From Eledone cirrhosa (lineage: Eukaryota): 64,000 nucleotides of DNA. The first letter of the stretch is position 1. Each line of letters starts with the position of its first letter. This document shows positions 22,440-36,101 of the stretch, piece by piece. The DNA lies in the NCBI GenBank assembly GCA_964016885.1, contig OZ024741.1, positions 391,716,001 to 391,780,000 on the forward strand, written 5' to 3'. The notes under the pieces are model-generated. The model was not told the DNA's origin. It saw only the letters and a program-made list of their open reading frames with translations, and did no database searches. Both the position numbers and the translations under genes were made by a program.

Positions 22440-23830
22440 ATTTTCCTGCACTTAACATGCATGTGCGACTATTGGTTTCGGGGTCCAGTTATGGTCACCA
22501 CTGTATAGTGGAGGAGACTCTTCCAGCTGGGCCCTCATCGGGCACACATACAAAACGACGAAAAAGAAAATTCCTTTAATCGATTATATTCGGTTCTAAA
22601 TAGAAGAGAGGTTCAATTGGAAGCAAGGGTGGTAATTTCGGAGTGTCAGTCTTAAGCTATCTGTGTGTAGTATGAGTTCCGTGTTAATTATCTAAAATCT
22701 TTAAATCCCTTCAATGAGATCGCTACTAATGGGAGAATGTTTACTTTTGGGAAATCAAGGGGAGTAACTTTTGCAAATACTTAAGATAATTAAGATAGAA
22801 TATTTAAAATATTTATAATTTTTATGCCTCCTCTAAAAATTGCATTTGTGATAGTTTGTTTGCAATGTAATGTCTTTCAACAGACTATTATATAGTGTGG
22901 GTGTGATGTGTTCAATGAAAAGTAACATGGAAGATTTAACAGGTCTGGAGGAAGGGCATCATGCGGTATGGGCTTCATGTTTGGTAAAAGATGGGCCCTC
23001 TGATCTGATGCAAACAATGTCTAAAGACCTCCGTCTTAGAGTTTAGGTATGTTTCCGAGTTCCTAAGTTTCTCGCTCAGGCACAGATAGAATCTCTCCTT
23101 TCCGATTTTGTATGGCGTGAACGTTTCAAGTACTTTCTACGTAATGTCATGCGATACTCCTTTTTCTTTTAGTTACTTGACCCTTTTTGCCAGCACTGTG
23201 GTGGTTTTCATGTTGGGATGCCAAAATGAGAAGTGGAAGTAGAACCTTTGCTTAAATTGGTCCTGGACCATAACTATATATTTTTCACGGGTCTCTGGCT
23301 TGTTTGCGTTTGTGTATTTGATCTCTGCCTCGTATATTATGGACTTTACATTAGAGTTTTGTTGTAATGGACATTCGTCTTTCTTCCTGCAAGAGCATCC
23401 TAGATTCTCATCCGATTTTTATTTTGCAGTCATTTGGGATTTTATGGATGGCACGCAACAATAGGTAACTCTCACTGAACATCGATTGAAGATTTTACTG
23501 TTGTGGGGCAACAATAAGGTCTAAGAATTTCTTGCCTACATTAGTCTTTGTATTTAGTGCGAAAGAAGGCGCCAACCAAATAATGTTTCTTTTTCTATTT
23601 TTATTTCTAGGTGGGTGTCTATTAGACATGTATTTGATCTGTTCCTTCAATCCACTATCCTTGTTATAGAAATAGAACGAGGCTGCCTTTTCAAATATTT
23701 CTCTACTGGATGAAAAGTCCGAGATTCTACGGCTGTTTGGCACCAGATTTTTTAAAACCGTAGGTGGGTAGCAGGATCCTCCCTTGATGTACCTTAGCCT
23801 CTCATTTGGTTTATAATAGAGTTTAAGTCC
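22440..23830 (-). mobile_element. Decayed Naiad-type PLE fragment
   Basis: RKRNIIWLAPSFALNTKTNVGKKFLDL; CSCRKKDECPLQQ..IIYEA..YIVM; hammerhead at its 3' end. Confidence 0.8.
22462..22546 (-). ncRNA. Hammerhead ribozyme, U4C core (CCGATGA), extended stem II, GUC site
   Basis: TGTGC-CCGATGA-GGGCCCAG..CTGGACCCC-GAAA-CCAATAG-TC-GCACA. Confidence 0.7.
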
Positions 23831-24496
23831 AGGTTGATGTCCAGAGAGTCTGAGGCTGTGAGTTTGAAACTTAGGGTGCTAAAGGTGCCTATCAGATCTT
23901 TACGGAACCGTCCATATCGTGCCCACTGCAGTCGTAGGCCAAAGAAAGAGCGTCGTCGTAGTATAGACCGATGGTGTGGTCTGTGGATTACGTTTAAGCG
24001 TATGAATAATCCAACAAGATTACATATATATGCACTCTTGCAAGGTCCTAATATGTTGAAACGACTTTTGTTTCTTGTAATCTCTGAAGACGTGTGTATA
24101 TATATATATATGTATATATGGCACTTTCTCTGTATATATACATAAATATTTAATTTGATACATATATATTTATATACATATATCTTTAATTTGAATTATG
24201 GATGCTCTGGCCAAATATCCATTGAGCTTTTCTACTGAGAAACAATCATCAAACATATTATATATGTTCTGATACCTTAAATCAGTATATAACTGCTCCA
24301 AATTCTTAATTTGTTGAGCTGCTTATACTGCGACTAGTACTTCGCATCTCTTTTTCGCAGATACGACGTCAAGTCCTATTTGTATCGGCCACCAAAGTTA
24401 AAATCTCTCATACCAAGCTGTCTAGTTTTGGCTAGCTCCTGGATCCCGATAGATATAAAGGTATTTTGTACTCTACTGGAACTTATCCAAAGCCGA

Positions 24497-24613
24497 TTTC
24501 TCTGATGATTAGTTTCCTGTCTTTTGCCAAAATCTATAGTTGGTAATCGATAATCGATTACTTAGATTGGTTTTTATTTCGGTTTACGAACGATGAAACG
24601 GTACTGTAAGGAA
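24497..24613 (+). ncRNA. Hammerhead ribozyme-like motif with a long, decayed stem II
   Basis: TTTCT-CTGATGA-..(~86 nt)..-GAAA-CGGTACTG-TA-AGGAA; upstream of (TA)n. Confidence 0.5.
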
Positions 24614-24723
24614 AATAAGAACTTTTTTCCTAAATATTATGTGGTTTATATATATATATATATATGTACAAAATACTGTGTTTTCAAACGATATATGGTT
24701 CTTTGCTCCATCTCTCTCTCTCC

Positions 24724-24811
<88 letters not shown>

Positions 24812-24817
<6 letters not shown>

Positions 24818-24899
24818 GTTTCTATTTTAGGCACAAGGCCAGCAATTACCCAGTACATTACTGGTGCTTTATTTTATCGACCCCGTAAGGATGAAAGGT
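24812..24899 (-). mobile_element. tRNA-SINE 3' half
   Basis: Reverse complement of the SINE body. Confidence 0.85.
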
Positions 24900-25150
24900 G
24901 GGAGGTTGAATTAAATGCAAGAATTACAGGAGCTGGTACAGCAATGCGCCAGCATCAACATTCAGTATAAAGGGGGGAAATAATTAAGAGATCATAGCTC
25001 CGATACTATGGACACGTGCTTAGAATATCTCAGGAAAGATTCGCTGGAAAGATTTTACGGGCAAAAATCAACCGGCAGGAGACCCAGAGGTAGACCCCAA
25101 TCTCACTTTGGAATCCAATCGGATCAGTTGGAGACGGTTGCTTCTGACAA
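24900..25150 (+). mobile_element. Deleted RTE-clade LINE 3' fragment
   Basis: Patchy match to 44380-44830 (ELNARITGAG.., TGRRPRGRP). Confidence 0.65.
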
Positions 25151-25478
25151 GAAGATCGACGATTTAGTGTGGGCAGAAAATTTGATTTTCCGTCTGTGGA
25201 CCAATCTGCGGACCCATCTAGCGGCAGTCCAAATGAAGCTACCGTATACAGAAATTTGGTAATGTTACTAAGCATTACGTAATTGGCTAATAATAGCGTC
25301 TTCATCGGGAAATTAGCCACTCTCCAACGGATCAGTTATCCATACACTCTTCCGATGTACATCGGTCAGTGTAGTAGTAAACTCGACTTTCAGTGTCATG
25401 TCACTTGACACCAAAGGGGAGGTAAGCTAGTTCTGACTATTTTCAGAGAACACGTTGGCACGTATTCAAATAGGAAAA

Positions 25479-25775
25479 ATAATTGTTTCTACTTTAGGCA
25501 CAAGGCCAGCAATTACCCAGTGCATTACTGGTACTATATTTTATCGACCCCGTAAGGATGAAAGGCAAAGTCAACCTCGGCGGGATTTGAACTCAGATCG
25601 TAAAGGGACGTAACTATGCTGGAAAGCATGGCGTCCGACCCTCTACCGATACTGCCAATCCACGAAAAATAATTGTTTCTACTTTTGGCACAAGGCCAGC
25701 AATTATCACAGTGCATTACTGGTACTTTATTTTATCGACCCCGTAAGGCAAAGTTAACCTCGGCGGGTTTTGAAT
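25479..25775 (-). mobile_element. Two tandem tRNA-SINE copies (25479-25662 full, 25668-25775 partial)
   Basis: Reverse complement of 15294-15484. Confidence 0.9.
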
Positions 25776-25809
25776 CCACGAAAAATAATGAAGCTCATAC
25801 ATTATATTA

Positions 25810-25816
25810 TATATAT

Positions 25817-25877
<61 letters not shown>

Positions 25878-26108
25878 CGCGTGTGTGTGGGTATGTATGT
25901 TTGTATATATATATATATATATGGAATTTTTTTCTCTCTCTCTCTCTCTCTCTTTCGTCTGCGACTTCACAAAACTTATGTTTACCGAATTCGTAGACCA
26001 GACCCCTTCTTCTTCTTCTTCTTCTTCTTTTTCTTCTTCTTCTTCTTCTTCTTCTTCTTCTTTTTCTTCTTCTTCTTCTTCTTCTTTTTCTCCCCCCCCC
26101 CCCCCCCG
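25810..26108. repeat. (GT)n, (TA)n, (TC)n, (CTT)n and poly-C tracts
   Basis: Read directly from the sequence. Confidence 0.95.
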
Positions 26109-26445
26109 TTAGACCTGTGCGAAATTCCTTCCTTGCTCACATTTCAACCAGGTTTGATGGTCTTTTGTCTCTTGTTCACGATTTCACCGAGTTTATATTC
26201 ATAGAGATCTGGGACTTGTCTATTTCTTCTCACTTTCCGTTGCTTAAACCATTTTGTTTGTTACCCTAACGTCCCCTTTATTTACGTGTCCCAACGACTT
26301 TTTTTAGCCGTTGTTCGCACCAACCTGAGGCATATGGCCCTTAAAGCGATGAAATGCCTGGGACGGTTGGAGGGTCACTGATGAAGGACTTACTTTTTCA
26401 TATGCACCACCATTTGCAACGCGCAGCCATCATTATTATCATATT

Positions 26446-26510
<65 letters not shown>

Positions 26511-26546
26511 TACACAATTATCAAAGTTATGTTCAAATCATTTAAT

Positions 26547-26593
26547 TGCTGACAACCGTTTCTTCCAAACTTTCGTTTCGAATCATCGGAGCA
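26547..26593 (-). ncRNA. Hammerhead ribozyme, U4C core, GUC site, in a solo pLTR inside (TA)n
   Basis: TGCT-CCGATGA-TTCGAAAC-GAAA-GTTTGGAA-GAAA-CGGTTG-TC-AGCA. Confidence 0.75.
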
Positions 26594-26710
26594 CTAGCAA
26601 TGTTTGTACATATAATTAACCTCTTATTCATATATATATATATATATATATATATACCCCCACACATATATATACTTGGTGAAGTACCCGTACTTCCCCG
26701 TCACACACTC

Positions 26711-27700
26711 CTCAGTCCCGATATTCTCTCTCTTCTCCATATAGAGAACTGAACCTGTTATTCACCTCTACTGTGTACCTCTTCAGTAACTTATCATCTT
26801 CCTTGAAAGCTCTCCAAACTCATCCGAATCTCACTCATAACAAGCCGTTGGTCAGTTAGTGTACTGAAATAACTATAGGGTTCTGAGTTTAGAACACTAT
26901 TCCGCCACTTCTTCTTCACCAGAATCAAATCAATCTGGGACTTGGTCAGGTGCATATCCGGGCGGTTGCCACCAGGTTGGCCTCCAGCAGGGTGGCTCTC
27001 AGTAGTCTCCCGTTTCGGTTGCTGTTGACATGGAAGTACCAGCAGGGACCTTATTCAGATGTACCCAGAAGTTACCCAGAACAAGCAGGATGTTGCGAAC
27101 TCGTATGGTGTTAATAGCTCTACACACTTCCTCATGGAACTCCTCTGCACTCTCATCACTGACCCCCTCAGTTGAACTATAGACTGAGATGATTGTCAGT
27201 CTTGGGTTTCCATTGAAGGTCATCCTCAAACTTCGCTCGGAGACAGGTATGATCTTCCTCACTAATAGGTTGGCTCCTGTACTTAACACAAAACCCATTC
27301 CTCCTACTGCAGCATTAGTTGTGTTCCTCACAGCTGATGTGAGGATGAGCTGGCTCCTCTTTCCAATTATCATTTTCTTCACAGGCTCATTATGTAGGAT
27401 CCTGTGTTCTTCGATCGCAAGGATCTGCATACCACTCTCCTCGAACAGATGACACAACTCCTCTCTTGTCTCCAGCGTCCGAGCTGTCATCACATTTAGA
27501 GTGCCGATTTTAATGGATCTCCTGCAGGACAAAGCTCGGTTCTTTATATTTCTATGTCGTGTCTTAGAGACGGTCCATCCATAATACACCGACCCTCCCT
27601 GCGGCTCTAAACCAGCAGAGTCAAAACGACCTGACTGAACCTTGACTATGTAGTTAGGGGTTCTAACCCTAATACTGTTAATTATACTCACCATGCTTCA
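26711..27700 (-). pseudogene. RTE-like LINE AP-endonuclease region
   Basis: IKIGTLNV.., ILAIEEHR, GGMGFV, ISVYSST, SQIDLILV, VEVNNRFSSL. Confidence 0.85.
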
Positions 27701-27890
27701 TTTCAATGGCTGATAATACCTTACCGCTCAGTAAGGTAATTATTTAACCAATAAATGGGGCTCTAACAGGTACCACTGCTCCAGGCGAGAGCAGACCTGA
27801 GAGTGATAACAACTAAGGGGTAATTTCACATTCCCCACAACTCCTGAACTCCCGAACTGAAGCCTGGATACAGCTTTATATCATACCCAA

Positions 27891-28436
27891 GAGGTACAAG
27901 TGCTTCACCACTGCAGTGGCAGAAGCAAGTGAAGCCCTGGTACCAAGGAGAGAAAGGAAGGGGAGGGACGAAAACTCTGCAGATCCAAAAGCGTGTGCAG
28001 CCAGAGAACACCTGAGAACTGTCAAGGACTAGTTCCATGCTGATCCTACGAAAGAGCAGAAAAATGTGGAGGTGAGGAAGGAAGAACTCTGTGTCACTTA
28101 CACAGAGGCCAGAGAGGAGGTGCTGATGGAGAAGATGAGGAGTGTACAGAGAGCAGTGGACAGGTGTAAGTGTAAAGAGAGCTAGACGATCATCAACAAT
28201 ATCACAGAGAGGAAGAGAGTGAGTTCCAGTCAGATCCGAGGAACAGAGGCCGAGGTTAGGAAGAGAAATTGGCTGGACCATTTTACGACCCTACTAGAAG
28301 AGCCACCCTCCACAACCCAGAACACCTGGAAGATCAGACAGGTGTTCGAGGAAATGGATATTGAGACAGAATCCTTCGTCAGAGAGGAGCTTAAAAGTGT
28401 CAAGGAGAAGATTAAGGAGGGTAAGGTCCATGGAAA
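27891..28436 (+). mobile_element. RTE-like LINE endonuclease-RT linker region
   Basis: RYKCFTTAVAEASEALVP..WLDHFTTLL..FVREELK..IKEGK. Confidence 0.7.
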
Positions 28437-28439
28437 ATG

Positions 28440-28945
28440 GAGCGGCGTCAGACACGTTCTTGATAGCAAGTGTGGAGGAGGGTTTCGTATTGCGAAGTCG
28501 GCGGATGGACTGCCGGAACATTTTATTTGCTGATCTGAAGTTGGATACCAGCTTAACCCCAAACCGAAAGAATGCGATCGCAAATATAAGCAGCCGAAAT
28601 TGGATTCCTCCGAAGGGTTTTTGGAGTAAGGTTACTCGATAGAGTGCATAGCTCGGAGATCAGAGAGTCCCTCCAGGTAGAGCCGCTACTCCTCCGAATT
28701 GAGAGATCTCGTCTCTGATACTATGAGCAAATGGTTAGAATGTCTCGGGAAAAATCGCTGAACAGATTTTACAGGCAAATCCCCAACCAAGATGGCTGGA
28801 TAACATCCATGAGCTCGGCTGGTCTTGCTTGGGGATTCAGCTGGATCAGTTGGAGACGGTTGCTTCTGATAGGACCCACTGGAAGGAGTGATTGAGGACT
28901 CTGCCCCCACGACCCTCTTAGGAATAAGTGAGCGGAGAAGAAGAT
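28440..28945 (+). mobile_element. Deleted RTE 3' fragment
   Basis: ILFAD; FLRRVFGVRLLDRV..IRESLQVEPLLLRIERS; similar to 44560-44880. Confidence 0.8.
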
Positions 28946-30150
28946 CAGCAACAGCAACAAAAACAACAACAACAATATCAACAACAACAAAAATGTTTTT
29001 CTTTTATTCAATCTTTTGTATATTTTACACATCATAATGATTTTCTACAGACTACTTTTATTGTGTCTTAGTCAGGTTCGTAAGGGTGACTCCATGACCC
29101 TTTATCATAGTCTTTGAGACGGATAGGAGGAAGGATTGAAGTTATCCTTATTCCGGACACCCCACCAGATTATTTTTAATGGATAGGACCCACCCCCTAA
29201 AGACACCCACAGATCAGGTCAAGTGGTGGTGTTAAACCGTACGATGAATTACAACTGCCACTCTAAATGAGTACTTTCCAACAAACACACAAGAGATCTT
29301 TATGGTATCAGTTACACTGCAGTTAGTCTCTTAATGCTATTTTCAGATGCTAGAATATTCGTAAAGAATTACCCTTTCAGATATTTTACTTGAAGAATAA
29401 TTAATATAATAATTGCTGACGTAATCCAAAATGAAATTGATAATTTTATCACAAAAATACGAATAAAACCTAAAACATCTGGAAGAATTCTGTTTTTATA
29501 CAAGCAATTAAGCACCTTATTTAACTTTAAATTTATGCAAATTTTATTCATAAATATTCTGCAGTTCCAAAAATTCTCAGCCGTATTAAATATTCGACTC
29601 AGCCGTCGGAAACAAAACAAATTGACGCCTTCGTTACCATATTTCTAATGAGAGACACTGCCATGTGTATTGAGTGGTCAAGATCGGAGCGTCGGCGGCC
29701 CGTCTGAGGAGGGAGCCCCGCAAGGTTGGGTGGCTGTTGCAGCAGGTGTCACTGATCCTCGTCTGGGGGAATTCTTTTGCCGTCTTGTCAACGGGGTGCA
29801 GCACTTCTGCCCTCATGTCCTAGGCCCAAAGCCCAATCACCCTCATCCTTCACCCCTCCCCTCTCTTCTGCGACACCAGAGCTCTTTCCATCCCCTCCCC
29901 TTCCCGTTCTTTTTCTTCTTTCTTTATCTCTTTTTTTTTCTATATTTCCTTATTCTTTCTTTCCTTTTGTTTCCCCTTCTTTTTATTTTTTCTTACTAAA
30001 TTTTGAAAATAATTAAGAATATGAATGGATTTAGTAACATAACTAACTTTCATAGGTTCTTCTATAATATTATAATGTAAAACTTTAGATAAATATAAAC
30101 ACTTTAAAATAAAAAGTTTTGTATCGTAGAGGGTTAAATATATGGAAATA

Positions 30151-30151
<1 letters not shown>

Positions 30152-30245
<94 letters not shown>

Positions 30246-30312
30246 TGTGTGCGTGTGTGTGTGTGTGTGCGCGTGTGTGTGTGCGCGTGTGTGTGCGCGT
30301 GTGTGTGTGTGT
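30152..30312. repeat. (GT)n microsatellite
   Basis: Read directly from the sequence. Confidence 0.98.
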
Positions 30313-30349
30313 ATACATACATGCGTTGGTTCTCTGCTCAATACAGAGC

Positions 30350-31830
30350 TTGATCAGTCAATGCACATGAAGATCATTTCCATGTGGCTTTTTAGACCAG
30401 GTGTAGAAGGAAAAAGTCGACCACACAAATTACAGGTAAATTTGGGCAAAAAGTGTGGTACCTGCACTTATGTATTTTAACATGTCTCTTTAAACCTCCC
30501 CGTGATTTACAAATGCTGTGGCAGATATGGCAATGATTAAGGTGTACTGGCAAGTAGCTGCTATAGTCAAGATGAGACTGATTGTTGAGTACTCTGATGT
30601 GGGAGTTAAGGCCGGCAAGAGATAGACATATTTTGTCACAAATTTCACAAGACAAAACCATAGCACCATGTTCATGTTCTGTAACCATCTGGTGTTTCCT
30701 GATTTGACGTTTTATGTTTAATTCTGTTTTCCTTAAAACGTTTCATACCATCCCATACTTTTGAGTGCCAATTATTACGATCTTCTTCCAAAACTTCAAG
30801 CTGCCTTGCATTAACTCCAATGTATTTCAAACTTTCTTTCAGTGCATACTTGACCCGTTCCCTTCGTTTGCACGGCTTTCGTTTCCCCAGAACAATTTCA
30901 CCATAAAACAAGCGTTTTGGAGTACGTTCGCCATGCATGCGCACAAGGTGCCCTGGCCATCTGAGTTAGTTTCTCAAGATTAAATATTTAATTGAAGGGA
31001 TATCAGCAGCAGCTGGAACATCAGTTTCGGCAGTGAAGGAGGTCCATGAGATTTTCAGGATTCTGCGCAAACATTCTTAGTGAAATCTTTCAAGTTTATA
31101 GCATGGCCAGGTCTAAAAAAAAATAAAGAGAAGACAGCACAAAACATTGGTATTCAAAAACTTTTGTCTTGGCTTTAATATGCCTGTGTGACCACATACG
31201 AGATTCTAAATTTCCAAAAGATTTCGCAGCCTTTTAAATTCTCAAGTGTATTTCTGTGTCCAAAGAAACGTTTTTATTGACAGAGCTACCAAGGTATATG
31301 AAATATTTGACAACCTCAAGAAGTTTTCCTTTAATATATATTTTTGGCTGCTGAACATTTTGACCAGGTGTAGGTGTACACATGACTACAGTTTTCTTCG
31401 AGTTAATTGTAAGCCCAAAGACATCACATACATTTTCCAGATGAAGATGACATTCATGATACGATCTGATAAACTTCATTGTTCTTAACAGTTCTTAACT
31501 GCCAAGCCAATCCCTGATTCCCTCTTTTCGTCCTTCTGCGACTCCTTTCCAAAAGAAATTACAGCCTAATTCATTTTCATTCAGCTGAGCATCACTATAC
31601 CAACGAGTTTCTTAGAGAGTCACTATATCAAGTGAATATCTTTTCAACTAAAAAGCATTTAATGCGGTTCGTCTTCCGTAAAGTTCGAACATTCCAGCAT
31701 TCTAGTTTCATAGAATGTATTTTGTTTCTCCTTTGATTGGCTACAGTAGTAGGAGGACTACCGGGCCGAGCCTGTAGCGCATTGAGGGCCCCTGTCGAGC
31801 CAAACTTATTCACATGTCGTTCCTAAGCCA
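30350..31830 (-). mobile_element. Internally deleted RTE (BovB-like) LINE with C-terminal C2H2 fingers
   Basis: LECWNVRTL (EN start), FGLTINSKKTVVM, FIYLGS, RTPKRLFYGE, followed by zinc fingers. Confidence 0.85.
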
Positions 31831-32525
31831 TGATTGCGATTTATTGGTTCTATTTGAGACATTTCATAAATTAATTATGCATTTCTAGGTTGCTTGCAAC
31901 CATAATACCTGTTGATATCTTATGATATCTATGCTGTTGTACAAAACGTACCTGGGCTGAGGAGTATTTTTGAGTGGACATAGCTTGCACATCTTGGCTA
32001 AAGAAGGTTGCATTGGTGTAACACATAAATTGACAAAACCAAAACTCCTTAGGCTTTGTTTTCAGAGTTTACCATCTCTTAGACAAACAAAAAAACACAC
32101 ACACACACACACACACATTATATATATATATATATATAAAACATGTTAAAACGTAAAAAAAAAAATGAATGAAATGTTAAAAATAGGTAAGGAAAATTTA
32201 TATGCATTAAAAAAAAGGTACACACATAAAATATATATATATATATAATTATAAAAGTATATACATGTCTACATGTTTTATTCGATGGGCATTGACTCTC
32301 CTGAGTTTCTCGGCCCTTTATCAGGTTTTGTTTTTCATTCCGCAGGGTGTCCAAATCCTTGTCACCAAACAATCTCGGTGGGGTTGCCGGTTTAGTGGTC
32401 GATGAACCGACCATGCAACAGATTGTACTGGGTTACATGTTGCCAGTAGCGCACAAACGTGACCTCACACACACACACATATATATATATATGTGTGTGT
32501 GTGTGTATATATATATATGTGTGTG

Positions 32526-32656
32526 TCAGAAAAACCACAACCCTCCATCTCAATTCTATTTTTGAAAAGCAGAAGAACTGCGAAACCGGTAAAAGAACCA
32601 AATAAATATATATTTTTATAAAAAAAGACTCCACTTTCGATTTCATCTTTTTTCCT

Positions 32657-32660
<4 letters not shown>
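32526..32660 (+). mobile_element. Solo Neptune-family pLTR fragment with a U3-A8 hammerhead (32559-32594)
   Basis: TTT-TTGAAAA-GCAG-AAGAA-CTGC-GAAA-CCGG-TA-AAA; matches 14294-14422; ends in (TA)n. Confidence 0.8.
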
Positions 32661-32697
<37 letters not shown>

Positions 32698-32717
32698 GTA
32701 CGTACCTATATACATAC

Positions 32718-32862
32718 TACAAGTACAATCCATTAACGGAACAGTAAAAATATGTAAAACATTCCAAAAATTTTGCATCTAATAACTGCATATACATTGT
32801 ACCGATACATGCACACATACAACTCAAAACATACACATCCACACATACAATATCATCCATAC

Positions 32863-32957
<95 letters not shown>

Positions 32958-33071
32958 CAGACATATCTACCTAGTTGATGTGTAAATTCCAATGAGAGAG
33001 TCTTGTGTCTATGTTAGAAACCGACTCTCTTTCTATTGGCAAAAATTTGTGAAATTATAAAACCAGAAGAA
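32718..33071 (+). mobile_element. 3' fragment of the (ACAT)n-associated R4/Dong-like family
   Basis: Matches 58965-59286 and ends ACCAGAAGAA-(CATA)n. Confidence 0.88.
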
Positions 33072-33737
33072 CATACATACATACATACATACGAACAAAT
33101 AAATTGGGTTCACATATACACACACATTATATACATACATACTAAAGTATATATGTATGCATATATGTAAGTATGAAGGGTGTGTGTGTGTGTTCAACTT
33201 ATATGTTCTCATAATCAGCTATTCATTGAAACTGTTCAGGATAATTAATATGGTAGAATTCGCAATCATAATAATAAATCGCTAATATATAATATACAAA
33301 TATCTTCTCTTAGTAAACAAACCTAAAACAAACAATATGTTGGCGATTCCAATGAAATTTATTCAATTATGGAGTAGGAGAGACAATATATTTAAAACAC
33401 CATTGTTGCATTAGCTATTGGCCAAGCATAATTGTTACACTTCCATTAGCTTGCGGTTTGTTGCTGTCTTTATATATCAATCGAAAAATAGATGAAATAT
33501 ACTTACTGGATAAAATATTTTCAGCAGATGTTTTCCTCTTAAAAATCCTATTTAAGTATCAAATGCAATTTACGAACTATTATGGTGGAAAACTTAAAGG
33601 TTTTTATCTCCATTAAATGTGGAAAGGAAAAGTGCAAAATTTAATGAAAATCTTTCGAAAAATTCATAGAATAACTCAGTCAGGCATGTGCAATGAATTG
33701 ATATGTAAGAAGTTGATGTATATAGCTTTATAGTGTG

Positions 33738-35463
<1,726 letters not shown>

Positions 35464-35680
35464 GTATTTACGTATCGAGAGAGAAAGAAAAAAAAGGGGA
35501 GGATAGGTGATACATATAGTTATTTGCCAAGTAGCGTATGCCAAAGGTGCTCGATACTAGTGCCGGCAGTATTAAATATTCGAAGTGTTAATATTTAGTG
35601 GGCTAGAGAGTTAGCAGAGCGTAAGCACGTGGGAAAGTAAGAAATCGGAGAATAGACCGTTAAAACATGTTTATTTAAAA

Positions 35681-35724
35681 CACCACCTACGTACGTTTCG
35701 CCCAGTTGGGCTTCTCAAGGGCAT
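35681..35724 (-). ncRNA. Hammerhead ribozyme with U3-A8-type core (TTGAGAA)
   Basis: GCCC-TTGAGAA-GCCCA/TGGGC-GAAA-CGTACG-TA-GGTG; the stem I register is ambiguous. Confidence 0.6.
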
Positions 35725-36101
35725 AAATAATCAAAAGTGTTCCTTACATTGCTCGGAAAGAGTTTTGGGGGTTAAATCCACGTCAAGGTTCATTGCTCGC
35801 AAAAATAGCTTGTTTTTATTTTGCAGCAGGTCAAGGGAGGTAATTCTGGCCGGTGTTAGGGCAGTCTTTCCCGGACAAATTTGTTTATCTGCTACGAAAT
35901 GAGGTTACAACCTTACCATTGTTGATACGCATGTAATCAACGCTTATTTTGAGAGTTTTTTGGTTTTTGTTTTAGCCGCATCTGTTTGTCTGAGTCGTTT
36001 GAGGCTGGGTCTGGTATGCAAGGATTGTTTCCTGGGTGTTATTTTGCAGCGCCTGCCCGCCGGGGTGTTAAGACTTGTTGCAGGGAGATCCGGTCACGGT
36101 T

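Noticed and set aside
29696-29730. CTGAGGA-GGGAGCCCC-GCAA hammerhead-like motif
   Set aside because: No GAAA, no stem III and no PLE context.
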